The position numbers were made by a program, and so were the translations under genes. A stretch of 64,000 nt of DNA from the human T2T-CHM13v2.0 reference genome, Homo sapiens, in NCBI RefSeq assembly GCF_009914755.1, contig NC_060929.1; one strand, 5' to 3'. Shown here one piece after another: positions 15,235 to 30,300 of this stretch; positions within the stretch are counted from its first letter, which is position 1; each line of letters starts with the position of its first letter. Below the pieces are notes generated by a model that saw only the letters and a program-made list of their open reading frames with translations, was not told where the DNA came from and did no database searches.

Positions 15235-15532
15235 GGCCTGGTGTGGTGGCTCATGCCTGTAATCTTGCACTTTGGGAGGCTGAGGTGGGAGGATCACCTG
15301 AGCTCAGGAGTTTGAGACTAGCCTGGGCAACATGGTGAAACCCCATCTCTACTAAAACTACAAAAATTAGTCTGGCATGGTGGCACAGCCTGAAGTCCCA
15401 GCTACTCGGGAAGCTGAGGCAGGAGAATCACTTCAACCCGGGAGGCAGAAGTTGCAGTGAGCCGAGATTGCACCACTGCACTCCAGCCTGGGTGACAGAG
15501 TGAGACCCCATCTTAAAACAAAACAAAAAACA
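15235..15532 (+). mobile_element. Alu (full length)
   Basis: Dimeric Alu consensus with A-rich tail. Confidence 0.93.
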
Positions 15533-16219
15533 ATAACCATATTTTGTGAATAAGCCACAGGTGATAATACTATCATGCTAATAATTAAGAATACCCTAAA
15601 TAGCATGAGCCACAGCATTTTATTCTGCTGACCTCTGTCTCTTCCTGGAATCACTTTTCTTCCCTTGGCTCACTAACACAGAACTCTTTTTGTATTCCTC
15701 ATACCGTTATTTTCTCTCTGGAGGTCCTAAATGCTTTTTGGTGTCCTCCTTTCACTCGCTTCCCACTCCCTAGCTGAATGCATCCACGCCCGTTGCTTCA
15801 GTTATCATTTCTATGCAGGTAACACAGAAATCCAGCCTCACCTCTTCACCAAGTTCCAGATCCATATATCCAATCACTTGATATCTTCTTTTCTAGTATA
15901 TCAAAGGCAACTCAAAGTTAGCACATCGGGAATCAAATTCATGATGTGCTCTATCTCACTGACCCACAAACCAGTATGCAGCGTGAGACAGAAAAGAGGG
16001 ACTCATTCTTGACACCTCATTCTGTTACTCCACATATGGTCCACAGTCAAGTCTCAAACCTTTCTCCCTGAAACGTATCTCAATTTATCTATATCTTTCC
16101 ATCTTTACTGCTAACCTCCTACTCCATGTTCTCACCCTCTCACATGTGGAATACTGTATTTGCTTTCTCCAGTGGTCTTGCTATATCCATTCTTGCCTTC
16201 CTACAGTCTATTCTCTATA

Positions 16220-18480
16220 AAGGTTTTTGGATTTCCTAAATAGACAATTATAGCATCTATAAATATAGAACATTTTGTACCTCCCTTTCTAATCTTAATT
16301 CTTTTTCTCCCTGTCTTACTGTACGGGCTAGGAGTCTAGGTCAGTGTTGAATAGAAATGGTAATACATATTGTGCTTTGGATATTTATTGTAGATGCTTT
16401 TCATCAGTTTAAGGAAGTCAATAATTATGTCTGTTATGAAGAGATAAGAGGTTTAATTGTGATGACTGATGTTTTGAATTCATTTCTACCATTTTAGCTG
16501 TGCATCCTCCACACCACCCCCTGATTTTTCTGTCCTTTTTCTCCCTTTCTTTTTTTGGGATTGTTTTCAATTTCCTCATTCCCTTTTTTCCCCTTTATTA
16601 GTTTGAAAGTTACATTCTGTGTTTAATTATATTAGTGGCTACCTGCATATTTTATCATACATATTTAACTTAGTAAAGTCTAAAGTTACATTTTTAACAT
16701 TTCCCTGAGTAATAAGATTTCAGAAGGCTCTGTCACCTCCTTCTTAAATATCATGCTAGAATTATGCAGCATTTTAGTTTTACTTTCTAAAAATAACTCC
16801 ACATACTAGATATTATTATTGTTTTAAACAGTTAGTATTTATGTTTTTACCAATAAAAGTTCAACACTATTCTACTGTATACTTAAAAATGATTAAGATG
16901 GTAAATTTTATGTTATATGTTTTTAACCACAATTAAAAAAAAGCTCATCACTCTTTCTCTTATCTTAGACATTTCATATTTGCTTACTTTCTTTCTGAAG
17001 TTAATCTTGTAGACTTAACTTTAAGAAATTCTGTTGGTAAAATCCCTGAAATTAAATTATCTGATTTTATTCTGAAACTCGAAAGGAAGTTTTTCTAGAT
17101 ATAGACTTATAGCTCATTTTTTGTTTACTGTCATCTACTGTTAATGTTAACTGTTAGTCTTACTATTGTTTCTTTATAGGCATTCTGGTTTTATCTCTCT
17201 GGTGGCTTGTAAGATCATCTCTTTCTCTTTGATGTTCTGCAGTTTCACCATGATGTACTTAGGAATGATTTTGTTGATGTTGCTAAAAGTTAGTTTTCCT
17301 GGATTTGAAGTTTTGAATATTTAATACCAATTCCAAAAAAACTATTATTCTTGCTTTTTTAAATATTCACATTTCTCCATATATTTTATTATCTCTCTGA
17401 AATATCAATCAGCATATGTTAGACCTCATTATATTCTCTAGTTCTCATAAATTCTCTTTCATATTTTCTATCTTTTTTGTTTTCTCGGTTCATTCTGCCT
17501 AATTTCTTTAAACCCATTTTCCAGCTTACCAAGTTCTCTCTTTAGCTTTGTCTAATATGTTCTTTAACTGACTGAGGTTTTTCTTTCAATTACAATATTA
17601 TTTTCAAAAACTCCATTTTGTTCTTTTTCAAATCTAATTTTTTGTTTTTATAATATTTTGTTTCTTGATCATATTTTCAAGCATCTTTTTAATGTTTTGA
17701 AGCATAGTGAGTGTGCTGGGTTTGTACACTTTGTTGCATAATTCCAGTAGTGGGAATCTTTGTGGGTTCTCATTCTGTCTCTCTGTTTTGGGTGACCCTG
17801 CTTCTTTATGCATTTTGTTGTTTTTATTATTTCCTAAAGCTAATTGTCCTTGGAACTTCATCAGTTGGTATATATTTTAATTAAAGTTTTTTATTTTCCT
17901 CCAAAGAAAATCAGAGTTTCCTTCTTTCATTCACCTGGGGCAATACCAACCAGATACCTCATTAGTTAAAATTTCTGTTTATGGATACAAGCAAGGAACA
18001 TGAATTGGAAAACAAAAACAAAACACAGGTCAGGACTGACTTGTGGTTAAGAATTCTCACTGGAGATATGTTTGCGTTTTTCTTCTACATACAGCATCGA
18101 AGACCAGGGCATTTCCTTCCTGTTTCCTTTTGTGCAATAGGTTTATTTCTTTTCCTCTATTTTGAAGAAGATGCAACAAACTGGGAAACCAGCTTTATAT
18201 GAGGGTCTCCAATATGCAGGCCCTAGGATTGATCTCATTTCTTCTATTCCCCAGGCAGCCATCAAAATAGAACTTTAAGGACACGAGGGCTTGCAGACGC
18301 CTTTGGGGCAAAGCTGGCTGCATTGCTCTGACGTACCCAGAGACCTGCTTTGCTTTGTGTTTGTCCTCGGTGTATTCCTTACTTTCTTGACAGTTTAGTG
18401 ACTTATATTTAAAATCCAGCTTTGATAGTTGTTTTCACTGACAGGTTTTCCAGGATATTTTGTTCACCATACTGTCAGAA
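16220..18480 (-). mobile_element. Old degenerate L1M (L1ME-like) fragments, flanked by a split L2
   Basis: T-rich antisense L1 motifs (ttctctttgatgttctgcagtttcaccatgatgt; catatgttagacc); L2-like sequence at ~15640-16220 and ~18490-19100. Confidence 0.6.
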
Positions 18481-19148
18481 ATGGAAGTCTTTAAACTTCA
18501 CCCTACAGTCAGAGTGATCTTTCCACAGTTCAAATCAGATCACAGTACTCACCTTCTTAAAATCCTCTTATTTCTTTTTATTCTTCTTAGGATGAAGACA
18601 AAACCTAATGTGGCCTGCAAGGGTCTCCTGGTCTGGCCCTGTAGCCCCTCTGGTCCCCTTTGACCTGACTTCCCTAGGTGAAAGGAGAAGTCTTTCTCCA
18701 CTCTGGAATTGGTGGCTTTCATTCAGCTCCTCTGATTCTCTCAGCTCCCTTCTGCTGTGGGGCCTGTGCACTTGCTGTTCCTTCAACCTGAACTGCTCTT
18801 CCCTCTCCTTCTTACCTAATTTTCTCTTATTTATCTTTCCTGTGTCCTCTCAAGCATCACTTTCTCAGGGAATCTATCCCTGTATTTTCTGGCTAGGTCA
18901 AAGCTCCCTATTTTACCTTTTCATTGCCCACGTATTTTGTGTTTGAAGTACATATCACAGTTTCTGTTTTACATGTATAGACGTCAGTTTTTATTTATTT
19001 GTATAAATTCCTTAATTGCACAGTGACTGGTGCATAGTAGATGCTCAGCACCGTCATTGGCACAATAACAAAAACACATTTTTGTTAGTTGAATAACTTA
19101 TCTTATGGAGACCCTAAGCACACCTACTTTAGCCAAGTAAAAGCTGCC

Positions 19149-19348
19149 GGTATTAGTCTGTTCTCAATTGCTATAAAGAACTACCTGAGCCTGGGTAATT
19201 TATGAAGAAAAGAGTAAGTTTAATGGACTCAACACTTCCACAGGCTGTACAGGAAGCATGGCTGGGAGGCTTCAGGAAACTTACAAACATGGCAGAAGGT
19301 GAAGGGGAAGCAAGCATGCCTTAGCATGGCAGAGCAGGGGGGAGAGGG

Positions 19349-19379
<31 letters not shown>

Positions 19380-19576
19380 GTGAGAGAGAACCAAGTGGGA
19401 AGTACTACACACTTTTAAACAACCAGATCTTATGAGAACTCACTCACTGTCATGAGAACAGCAAGAAGGGAATCTGCCCCCATGATCCAATCATCTCTCG
19501 CCAGGTCCCTCCCCCAACATTGTAAATTACAATTTGACAGGAGATTTGGGCGGGGATGTGGAACCAAACCATATCA
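19149..19576 (-). mobile_element. MST (MaLR) solo LTR with internal (GA)n microsatellite
   Basis: gtattagtctgttctc...ccaaaccatatca; near-TSD ctgcc/cagcc; GA repeat at ~19340-19390. Confidence 0.88.
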
Positions 19577-20807
19577 CAGCCCTTCTCCTAGAATTGAGAG
19601 TCCATGATTTTTGAGTTTTTATTTCTTTCACCCCTCGTGGCTTGCTTCCTGGGGTAAAGTGATGGGTCTTTTCACTGGTTTCAGGCCAGGTATGCACAGC
19701 TGGGTCAGCAGGGTCTGGTAGCTGAAATGCAGCCCTGGATTTTAAAGCTCACCTGTTTGGGTCAGGGGCCTTCTTCTTTTATCAACTTTTCCTCCTCTGA
19801 TATGTTTTAATGTAATATTCTAGTGCCTCTCCATTGCAGTAAGTGTTAGAATGTGACCTCTCCTAAACCCTAGAAGTCCACACAGGGTGTGTTAAATGCC
19901 CTGCACTGGTTTGCACCCCAGCCTTTGTCTGCTGTGTGCATTGCATGCCCAGATTTTCTACCTGGGCTTTTGTCATGGTGTTCCCACTTTGGAAGGCATC
20001 TGTGGGTTTCTCAGCCTGGAATATAAAGATGGTGAACAATTTTTCAGTATATGGGTATTTCTTAACTTTTAACAAATTGCTCTTAAAGCCTGTAGCTTCC
20101 AAAACACCTTTAACTCAGGATTTATTCATCCTTACATTCAGCAACAATGCATCACATACCTGTCCCATGCATACTGGGCCATAAAACTTAGTTTCTTTTT
20201 TTAAGCACATGAGTAGATAATGAAAGTTTCTATCTCAAAATAAGTTCAAATACGTGTCTAGTGGTAGAACTTTGGTTTGCATTAGTAATCACATGTTTAT
20301 CCAACACATATCGAGTAGGCCACTATGCTAGGTACTAGAAATATAACAATGAACTGGACAGACTAGTGGAATTAGACAAAGGTATGAAAGTTTTTAGTGT
20401 AGTTGAGAAGAGACATGAAGCAGATAATCATGTGGGTGCATGTAAAATCAAGGGGAAATGCATGTGAGGTGCCCTGGGATCATGCTATGAAGAGATCAGC
20501 TTTCATCACAGGGTCAGGAATACTTCTCTGAGGAAGTACCATCTAAGCTGTGACCTGAATGATGAGTAGGAGTTGGCAGGTGAAGAGGAGGAGGGTGTAG
20601 TAGGTGAAAATAAAGCCAGAGGGAGCTCCCTGAGATAGGAGGGAGTTTGACCCAAAGGAACTGTGGAAAGTCTAGGGTGGCTGGAATTCAGTGACCAAGG
20701 GATAGAATGACTGGACATTGCCTAAAAGGGTAGGAAGGGGTGGCTCTTGAAGAACCTTGAGTGTCAGGCCATGACCTCTAGAAATTATCTTAGGGAAATG
20801 GGGAGCT

Positions 20808-21610
20808 GTGATATTATGAAGTGTATACTTGGTCTTTGATCCTTTTTCCTGGCATACATGTCCTAGAATCCTTAGAATCTCCAAAAAGTGATGTCTTTTT
20901 GCATGCTAATGAGTTGACTGAAGCCTGGAAACCCTTAGGTAGTTTCAGGATGAGGGGTGGCCATCTGAAAGAGCAAGGCAGAATTAGAGGGTTGAGACTT
21001 TCAGCCTCCCCCATAGGGAGGGGAGAGGGTTGAAGTTAACTTGATCACCAATGGCCAATGCTACATAACAAAGCCTATATAAAATCACAAAAGGACTGGG
21101 TTCTGAGAGAACCCAGCAATTCCAGACAGCTGAACACGTGGCACTTCCTGGAAGGTGGCATTCCTGGACCGGGCATGGAAGCTCCGCATACCTTCCTCCC
21201 CATTCCTGTATCTTTTGTAATAAATACCCTTTATATCAAATAGGTAAATGTGTTTCCCTGAGTTCTGTGAGCAGCTCTAGCAAGTTAATCAAACCCGAGG
21301 AGGGAGTTTTGGGAACTCAAATTAATAGCCAGTTGGTCAGAGGCACAGGTAAAACAACCTGGGCTTATGATTGGCATTGGAAATGGGGGGCAGTCCTGGG
21401 GACTGAGCCCTCACCCAATAGGATCTGACTCTCTCCAGGTAGATAATGTTGGGTTTGGACTGAATTAGAGGACACCAGCTGTGTCCACTGCAGAATTCAT
21501 TGCTTGCTTGGTGGTGGGGATAGACTCTCGCACATTTGTTACAGATGTCTTCTGTGTTCATGGTTGCGGCATGGGAGCAGAGGGAAAGTAGCGTGTGTTT
21601 TTTCCACTTA
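20808..21610 (+). mobile_element. MER21-family LTR inserted into an L2
   Basis: tgtgatattatg...tttttgcatgctaatgag...gtgtttccctgagttctgtgagc...gaggacaccagctg; L2 motifs on both sides. Confidence 0.75.
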
Positions 21611-24196
21611 GGAATTTTTAAAGGATTTTCAACAGGAAAATGCTATGATCGCATCTGTGTTTTTAGAAAGGTCCCTCTGACCATTATGTAGAAACTGGAT
21701 TGAAAGAAAATAAGAGAGAGGGAAGGGACACTGGTTCAGAGACCCCCACAGGTGAAAGGAAATGGAGGCTTGGTCCTCCATGGTACTGATGAAGATGGAG
21801 AGGGGTAAATGGCTTTTGGGGTGGAATTAATGGGTCTTGATGACTCAATAACTTTCAAGCAATTCAAGATAGTCCCTTCTTAGCCCAAGGCTTTGACTTG
21901 GGCACCAGTGGGGCCTTTAGGCTGTGCTTGGAAACTAGAGGGTGTTTTTTTATTGTCCAAAAACAGGCTTGGTTTTGGACAATACATGTTCTGAAATAGA
22001 TAGTAATGTTCATTTTCAACTCAGGTGCTTAAAAAAGAAGCTAAGTCTTATGGGCCAGTATGTATGGAACATGTATGTAACGTGTTATTGCTGAACGTAA
22101 GGAAGAACTCTTTGACAATAGAAGCCAGATAAGAATCCTGGAGAATTACCTCAATGGTAAATAGTTTACCTAAAGATGAGGACACAAGGGCCCAGACAGG
22201 AGTGATCTAAAGTCTGAATGTCTGTAAATGCTAGTCTGGTTTAGAATTCACTCAGTCCTGTGACCGATACCATTGCTCCTTCTGTTACCCTGTCCTCTGC
22301 GGGCAGCCTGGTGGGCCCTTGGTCATCCTACTGCTCAAAGAGGTCTCCAGGCACTCAAACCTCAGTGTGTTTGATCTCCACATTCCTTGGGTGTTCCCAA
22401 ATTTCAAAACAAAGAGTTTTATTGCACATGCATTTTTAAAACTGGCACCATTAGCAAGGAAAATGTTAAAAGAAGAAATCACTTAACTACACACACCAAA
22501 TGTCAGGGCTCTCAGTGGAAGAGCCTGGGGTTAATTATCCTTTTCAGGAAGCCATGGAATCAAAGGATGAAGTTCAATGCTCTTGGCATGACCATAGTTT
22601 AGAGTAATAATAACTTGGCATTTCTTGGGCCGTTGTGTCTCTAGCTGCAGTTTATGCCAGAAACTGGGAGGCAGGTGAAAAATCAGCATCTTGATTCTGT
22701 AATTGTAGAGGGAAAATGGCCTCTAGTTGTATGTGACCTTCAGTTAGATTCTCCAGCCCCAGCCTTATTCCCACATGAGAATGAGAAATTTCAGGAAAGG
22801 CTTTGGAGAAATGGACTGTTGTAGGAAGGAGCTATAAGGCAAGAAATACACCAAAGAAAGAGTAGATCTCTCTTTTTAAAGTTAAATGAAAATTTCACTT
22901 GTGTTTAAAAATCAGAATATAAAATAAGTGTATATAATGGGCATGTTATACCTAATCCCCTTTTCCAAGAGGTAGCTAAATTATCAATTTAATGTACAGA
23001 TTTGCAGATTTTATTAGCTTTGCACGTGTGTCTGCGTAATCATCTGGCAAGCCATTTTTTTCTGTTATATATTTTCAATTATATAGAAACCTCCTAGATT
23101 GTAAACAAACAAATAAAAACACTGAGGGAACAAATGATAAAAGAAGTGGTCAAAATCCAACTTCTTCTTGGCACCCAGACTTTTATACCAACTGGGCCAT
23201 AGAGAAAGAGCTGGAAGGAGTGTGCTGAATATTAGCTGCTTTTTCAAGTAGATGATGTAATCTATATATTTCTCTGTATGTCTTGGAAGCAGGGAAGAAA
23301 GAAAGAGAGATAGAGAGTGTGCATGCGTGTGCTTCTTTCTATCCTTAGGAATATTGTTTTGGAAACATTCAATTTCTAATTATATTGGGGGGAAAAACCC
23401 TAAATACCATTTTTCATGCTAATGGAGAAATTTACTTAAGTGCAGAATTATGCAACTTAGTTTTCTCGCCAAATTACATAAAGTGTGCAGCTCCTCTGAA
23501 TAGAATGAAGGATGGCATGGGCACACATCACACACTGTTCATAACTTAAAGTTCTTTTCAGGCTTTTTCCTGCATCTTATTACCTACTTACTATTAATTT
23601 ATTACACAGGGTTGCCATATTTTAAAAGTAAAGTGAATGTTTCAGATGGATTGTTTTTCTTTCATTTCTCCCATATTGTTAACTTCTTTTTTTTTTATTT
23701 AGAACTGTTTATACTTCCATCAGAGGCAGTTTTTCTTCAGTGATTGCATTAATTTTTATGTGTTCATTCTAGACATTTTTCAAACAGAATCTCCACATGT
23801 TGAGTTTGTCTTCTTTTCTCTCATCCACAAATCATTCTTTCCTGGTGTTATTTACAGGAAGATGTTAGTGAATCTCCTTTGCTATTTGCCCTAAGGAGTG
23901 ATCCCACCCCAAATGTCAGGCTCTGGAAAAGTAACAGCTCAATAGAAATAATCTCGTCATTGACAAAAGTACTTGGCACCAGGAGCTGATCTGCACCCCG
24001 CCTGTTGGCTGCTGGGGGTATTCAATGAAGTAAAGCCTGCACAGGCACCTCTGTGGCCTCTAGGGCTGCTTGACAGTTGACACTAGCAACACTGTAGTCA
24101 TCCTAACCGTTCCTTACATATTCTGTTTCTCATGAGGCTTTGCTCTTTCTCTTCTGACAGAATAAATATTTCCACTTCAACTTTGTTACCCTTTAG

Positions 24197-24520
<324 letters not shown>

Positions 24521-25199
24521 ATCTGACCATTGCTGAGTAAGACAGCTAACTCTCAGATTCTGTGTCTTTGCAATTTCTTATTTATTTCAGGTCCATACAC
24601 CTTGATGGTGGGGAAGAGGTGGGGATGGTGGCAGTGACCTTACAGGGAAGGGATGAATTAGGAAGGGAACCGTCTCTTTCACGAATCCTTTGCATGCCTA
24701 TTTCATTGACTTAAATGTGCCTGCCTAGTGCATTGAAGGGTCTCATTCTATGAACAGGATTGGGAAGTGCAAGGATGATCTTCAGACAGACTCAGCCACT
24801 GGTTTAGCTGTAATTATTCTTGGTCCCAGGTTGTGGGGTGGGAGGGAGAGAGGGAGAGAATACACATCACTCCTTGACTCTTGTCTTAAAGTATTATGAT
24901 TTTCCCAGAGTAATCACTCTTTTGAAACCAGGAAAGATTCAATGGTTCTTTTTGTAAAGTCACTAATTTACACTTATCTGAATAGGGCAAATTATTGGCT
25001 CAGGGGAAGGAACACCAGCCAAGTCACCTTGGTTTTAGAGCTTGAATAGAAAAAGCGTAGAGCCAGCCTTCTAGCTTCCCTCCAACAGTCCCATAGCGTC
25101 ATCCCCTGGATAACGGATGCCTCCCTACCCACTGACTTGCTCTTGTTCCTGGGGTCATAAATTATTTAGCTGCCACTTATCTCCCAGGATCTTTTACTA

Positions 25200-25511
<312 letters not shown>

Positions 25512-26684
25512 CTTTTACTCATTTTTATCTGCAGTGTGGTGCCTGGCATGTAGTAAGTGCTCAGTAAATGGTAGTTGTCTTTATGAAAATGCTGATTTCT
25601 TTCTTCTTACAGTTCAGGAAGCAAAAATGGGTGTATCCGGAAGAAAAACTGTATATGATGTAATAGTAGCTGACATCTGTTGTTGACTATGTACTAGACT
25701 CTGCTAATGGCTTTATGTGCATTGTTTGATTTTCGAGCAACCTTATGGGGCTAATACAATTTTACTAATGAGAAATCTGAGTCTCAGAGAGATTAGGTAC
25801 CTTAGCCAAGGTCACCCAACTAATAAGCGACAGAGCAAGGCTAGGAACCCAGGCAGTGCTGCCTAAACTTCTCTATTGCTTCGAAGAGTCAGAGAAGGAA
25901 TCGGAGGGATGGATGCCTATAAATGTGGAAGTGACTGAGGTACAGAAAATAAAAGAGGGTCAGGGTGTTAGGAGGCTCTCCCTCCACCCCTGATTCTCAA
26001 GGGAATCTTCCCACTTGCTTTCTGCATCCTGAGGTTGCTTTGGTTAGATTCTGCTCCCCTGGGATGCTAGCCTGAGGTTGGCATCTCAGTTTTGGGCTGA
26101 GGCTTTATGTACCTGCGTGAAAGAGGTGGTACAGAGCATTGTACACAACATATGGGGCTCCATTTGCATTTAGTGAGTGCTCAGCTGTGCACAGTGTCTC
26201 CTTAATGAATCACATGCAAGCCGAGCATCGCTATATTTATCCAAGCCCTGGGAGCCGGAGTGCTGGCTGTGGTCGACTTGCATGCCCCAGAACAGTGCCT
26301 TGCAGGTTGTTCCAGTTTTCCTTGTGGTCAGGGCCTTAGGGCCCTTCAATAATTTGTTCCCTGGCAAAATCTGCTGGTTTCTGAAGTATCTTTCCAGGCG
26401 TTCTAGGCCAGAAAAAATGTTTACATCCTGAAGCTGTAACAGAGATCAAGCGCTAAAAAAGAACCTGGAAGCTACATCTGCTGTGCCCTTGACTTCAAGG
26501 CCACATCTGAAGAATCGCAGACAGATGAGGCATTTTTATTTTCTTTTCAAGCTTTTCAAGGGGGGGTCCCACAATGCTTAATGCTTAATCACCCTGCTGT
26601 CATCAGGTTATTTCTTCCTTGTAATCTAAAACCCTTATGAATTTTTTTCCTTAGTCACTCCTTAATTGAAATATTTCTTTTTAT

Positions 26685-26810
26685 AGCTGGGCATTGGTGG
26701 CTTGTGCCTGTCATCCCAGCTACTCAGGAGGCTGAGGCTGGAGGATCACTTGAGTCTGGGAGTTTGAGGCCAGCTTGGGCAACATATTGAGACCCTGTAT
26801 CTTACAAAAT
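26685..26810 (+). mobile_element. FLAM or Alu monomer
   Basis: Single left-monomer-like unit with short A tail. Confidence 0.8.
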
Positions 26811-27189
26811 ATTCCTCTTATGCTCAGATCAGAGAGTTTGCCCAAATAATCACTTCTGTGCTTAGGAATCAAGAACAAGAATTTATAATGTTTACTTAAC
26901 GCTGATTAAATGCCAGCTACAATATTAAGCACTTAAAAATAATTATCTCATGTTTTTCACCTCAAAATAACCATTTGAATGAGCATTAGGACTCCTTTTT
27001 ATCAGGAATAAAAGTAAAATTTCAGAAAAGTAATTAACTGAGGCCACACAGCAAGTATATGGAGGAGTCTGGCTTGATAGCAAAGCGCTTTATATGAAAT
27101 AGATTTTTCTTTCCTTTCTTCTTCCCAGCTGTAGTCATGTCCTGTGACTCTTCTTCCCATTCCCAGCCATTCTTCAGCTAAAAAGAAAG

Positions 27190-27340
27190 TAAATATTTTA
27201 AAATATGTATATATATTTTAGATATATATATTTATATTTTAAGACATATAGATAATATATAATTTATGATTTATATTTAAATTTGTATAAACTTATATTT
27301 AAATTATAAATTTAAGATTTATATTATTATATATATATAT
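27190..27340. repeat. AT-rich low-complexity / (TA)n tract
   Basis: About 150 bp almost entirely A/T, with TA repeats. Confidence 0.85.
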
Positions 27341-30300
27341 GTACTTTTCCCCCATTTTCCTCCTAGAATTGTTTTTTTATCCTTTATAAGACTTAGGCAG
27401 GTGCAGGATATATTTTCATCCCTGGACTCAAGTGTGGTGTCAAGACCCTTAACTTGTGACATGAATAGCAAGGAGCAGATTGGATTCCCACTGGAGTGGA
27501 GGCCCCTAATCATGGCTTCCTGGGATTTGTGTTATCTGCCTTCCCCTGTTAGATGCTGAGAACATAGAAGAAGAATACCAGGTTCTGGTTCAAGCTATAT
27601 CATTGGCACAGTCTGTGACCTAGAGCAGATCACTGCTCTCTTTCTCGTGAAAATCAAATTTAGTTTCCTACAAAATTTAAAGTTGAGCAGAGCCTTGGTT
27701 TAGTCTTACAGACTAAAAATCTTTTTTCCTTCCAGTTCAGTCACATAATATTTATAAGATGGTGAAGCCAAGTCACTTGCCCTCTCTGGCCCTGAGTCTC
27801 TTCATCTGTACAATAAGAGCAAGAACTAAATGCTCACCGGACTTCCCAGCAGCTCTTGGTTTCAAACTCAGGGGAGCTGCAGGAAGAAGCTGGCTCTACT
27901 CTGCCAAGTTCTGACTAGTGAGGGTTTGCAACAAAACCAGCCAGGGCTAGTCTAGGCAAAAAGGAGAGTTTATTTTAAAGATATTTGTGCAGCTCATAAA
28001 ATCAAAAAAAAAAAAGTTAAATAATGAGACACAGAGAAGTTGGGAACCAGGACAGCCTCAGGGATCTCTTCAGCGGGAGCTCATGACCCTTCCCCCTGGA
28101 GTGCTGCCATTAAGATCACTCCAAAAAAGCCTGTTTTTATGTTTCTTTCTTAAAAATGACAAATTCCAGAAGGAGAACTGCCAGGGGGCCATTCAGTTAT
28201 GGAGGGTAGGATTGGACAGGCCAACCAGCAGGAAAGTGTTGCTGGAGCCCAGCCTTGTTGGAGGAGCAGGTGGTTCCCAGGAGGACCTGGGCAGAACTCC
28301 CCACCACACACACAGGTACACCCTACAGAAAGAGCCCATGTGTCTGTAAATGATTGGGAAGCCAGGTCGGGATGTTAAATGTGGGTGGGAGACACAGTGG
28401 GCAGGTTCAATACTCTAGACCAGTAGCAGCCATGGTGATGGAATTCATTCAGCGTTTTCAGGCAGCTGTGCCTCATGGAAGAGTAACAGACTTCAAGGCA
28501 AAAGGCATGATGAGTGGACAGTCCATTAGGGATTGCTGGTGGCTGTGGGCACAAAGAAAGACAAACAGTGTGATCTCATGGGGAGGCTGACCACCACCAT
28601 GCTGGATTAGGATCCTCTCTTTTCAGCCAGGTCAAGGACAGGGTACTCTGGTCCCATCTTTTCTACTTTGATGACATTTGGGCAAGTTTCAACCTCTTGA
28701 GAGTTTTTCTGTTTCCTTATCTGTGAAGTGGGGATGAGAGCAATGATAATCATGCTACTCTTCCAACTGACAACAGTACGGCAGGCGCTAACATCTGCTG
28801 GGGCCAGGCACCCATGCTGAGAACTTCCCATGTGGGTTGATCCTCGCAATCCTCTGACACAGTACTGTTATGGTTTACACTTTGCCCAAGGCTTGTGGGA
28901 ATTAAGGGGGCAGTAAAGTGTAGAGCAAAGCAGTGTGCAAAGAGACTGAGAGGCTGGGCTCAGGAGCTGATGGCCAGTTTTGAATTCTGGCTCTGACACT
29001 CACTGGCCTGGTGTTTTCTGGCATGTTGCGTGAGCTTCATTAATTTGTAAAGTGGGTGTGATACTAGTGCCTGCCTCATGCTGTGGTTGTGAGGAGTGAG
29101 TGATTTCACAGGCATCCAGGAAGGTGCCTGGAGCAGAGCAGTGCTCTGTAATGTTTGCTGTTGTTTGTAATAAAGTGCCTGCCGGGCAGTGGGGATTTGA
29201 ACCCAAAGCAGATTGACTCTAGAATATATATGCTGTGGCAGTTATCTCTGGTGGCAGAACAAGAAGGCTCAGGAGTGAGCTGTGTAAAAGCCGGGGTGGG
29301 GGTGAGTTAGCAGAGGGAGCTATGGAACTAGGGAGAGGAAGAGAATGAGGAGCCCTAGGCACGTAGCCACTTCAACACTCCTTGTCTCTGTGACCTTGAG
29401 CTGGACCCAGAAGGTCAGCAGCAATTGCTGAGTCCCCATAACCAACGGGAACATTCAGCACTGACTTCACTTATGCTTCTGACTTCAGGAGGGCTTTAGA
29501 GAGGGGGTTAGTTAGAAAAAGAAGGAAAGAAAGAGAGACAGAGAGTGACTAAGACAGAAAGAGAGTGATGAAGTCAGGGGGAGGGTGGGGAGAGAACTAG
29601 ATATAAAGACATAGAAACCCAAGGAGAGAAAGAGAGTGATTGACACTCAAGAAGATAAACAGAAGAGGCACACACTTAAAGCCACAGAAATGAAGTAGAA
29701 AGACGGGAAAGAAGGGTGAGGGGAAGGATGGGGATTTTGCAGAGACAGTGCTGAGGGGGCTGTGACTGGCTGGCCTGCTCTGTGGTTGAGGAGCAAACAA
29801 ACCTGTTAAGTGTGTCAGTGCTTTATCTAGGAAAGCACCTTTGCCAAGGCCCGGGCACACTGAGGAGCTTTTTGAGCGTGTAGGGCTGTGACAGGAGAGA
29901 CTCTCTTTATCTGAATTGGAGACAGGAGCACTCTTCTGTGCATTTCACACTGGATGCCACAGATTAGGCTGCGGATATTTCACGGTTGGTGATAAACATT
30001 TGTTTGGAGAAGCCTTGAGCAGAGCAACACTCCTAAGGCTGGGGGAAGGGGTTGATAACAGGCAGGTACCTGGAGACTGGTTTTACATGAGGGACTGGTT
30101 CTATGCAATTTTACACTTGTATATTATTATAGGCATTGAAAGTCCCTAGAAGGATACCCATTAAAACTTTGACAATAGCTAACCTCCCTGGTTGGATTAA
30201 TGAGGAGTCTCACCTTCTAAGTTATGTATTTCAGTTAGGTTTACATGTTTTACAGTGTAGGGATTTTATAATCAGAGAAACAAAGGCTTAAGGTAATAAG

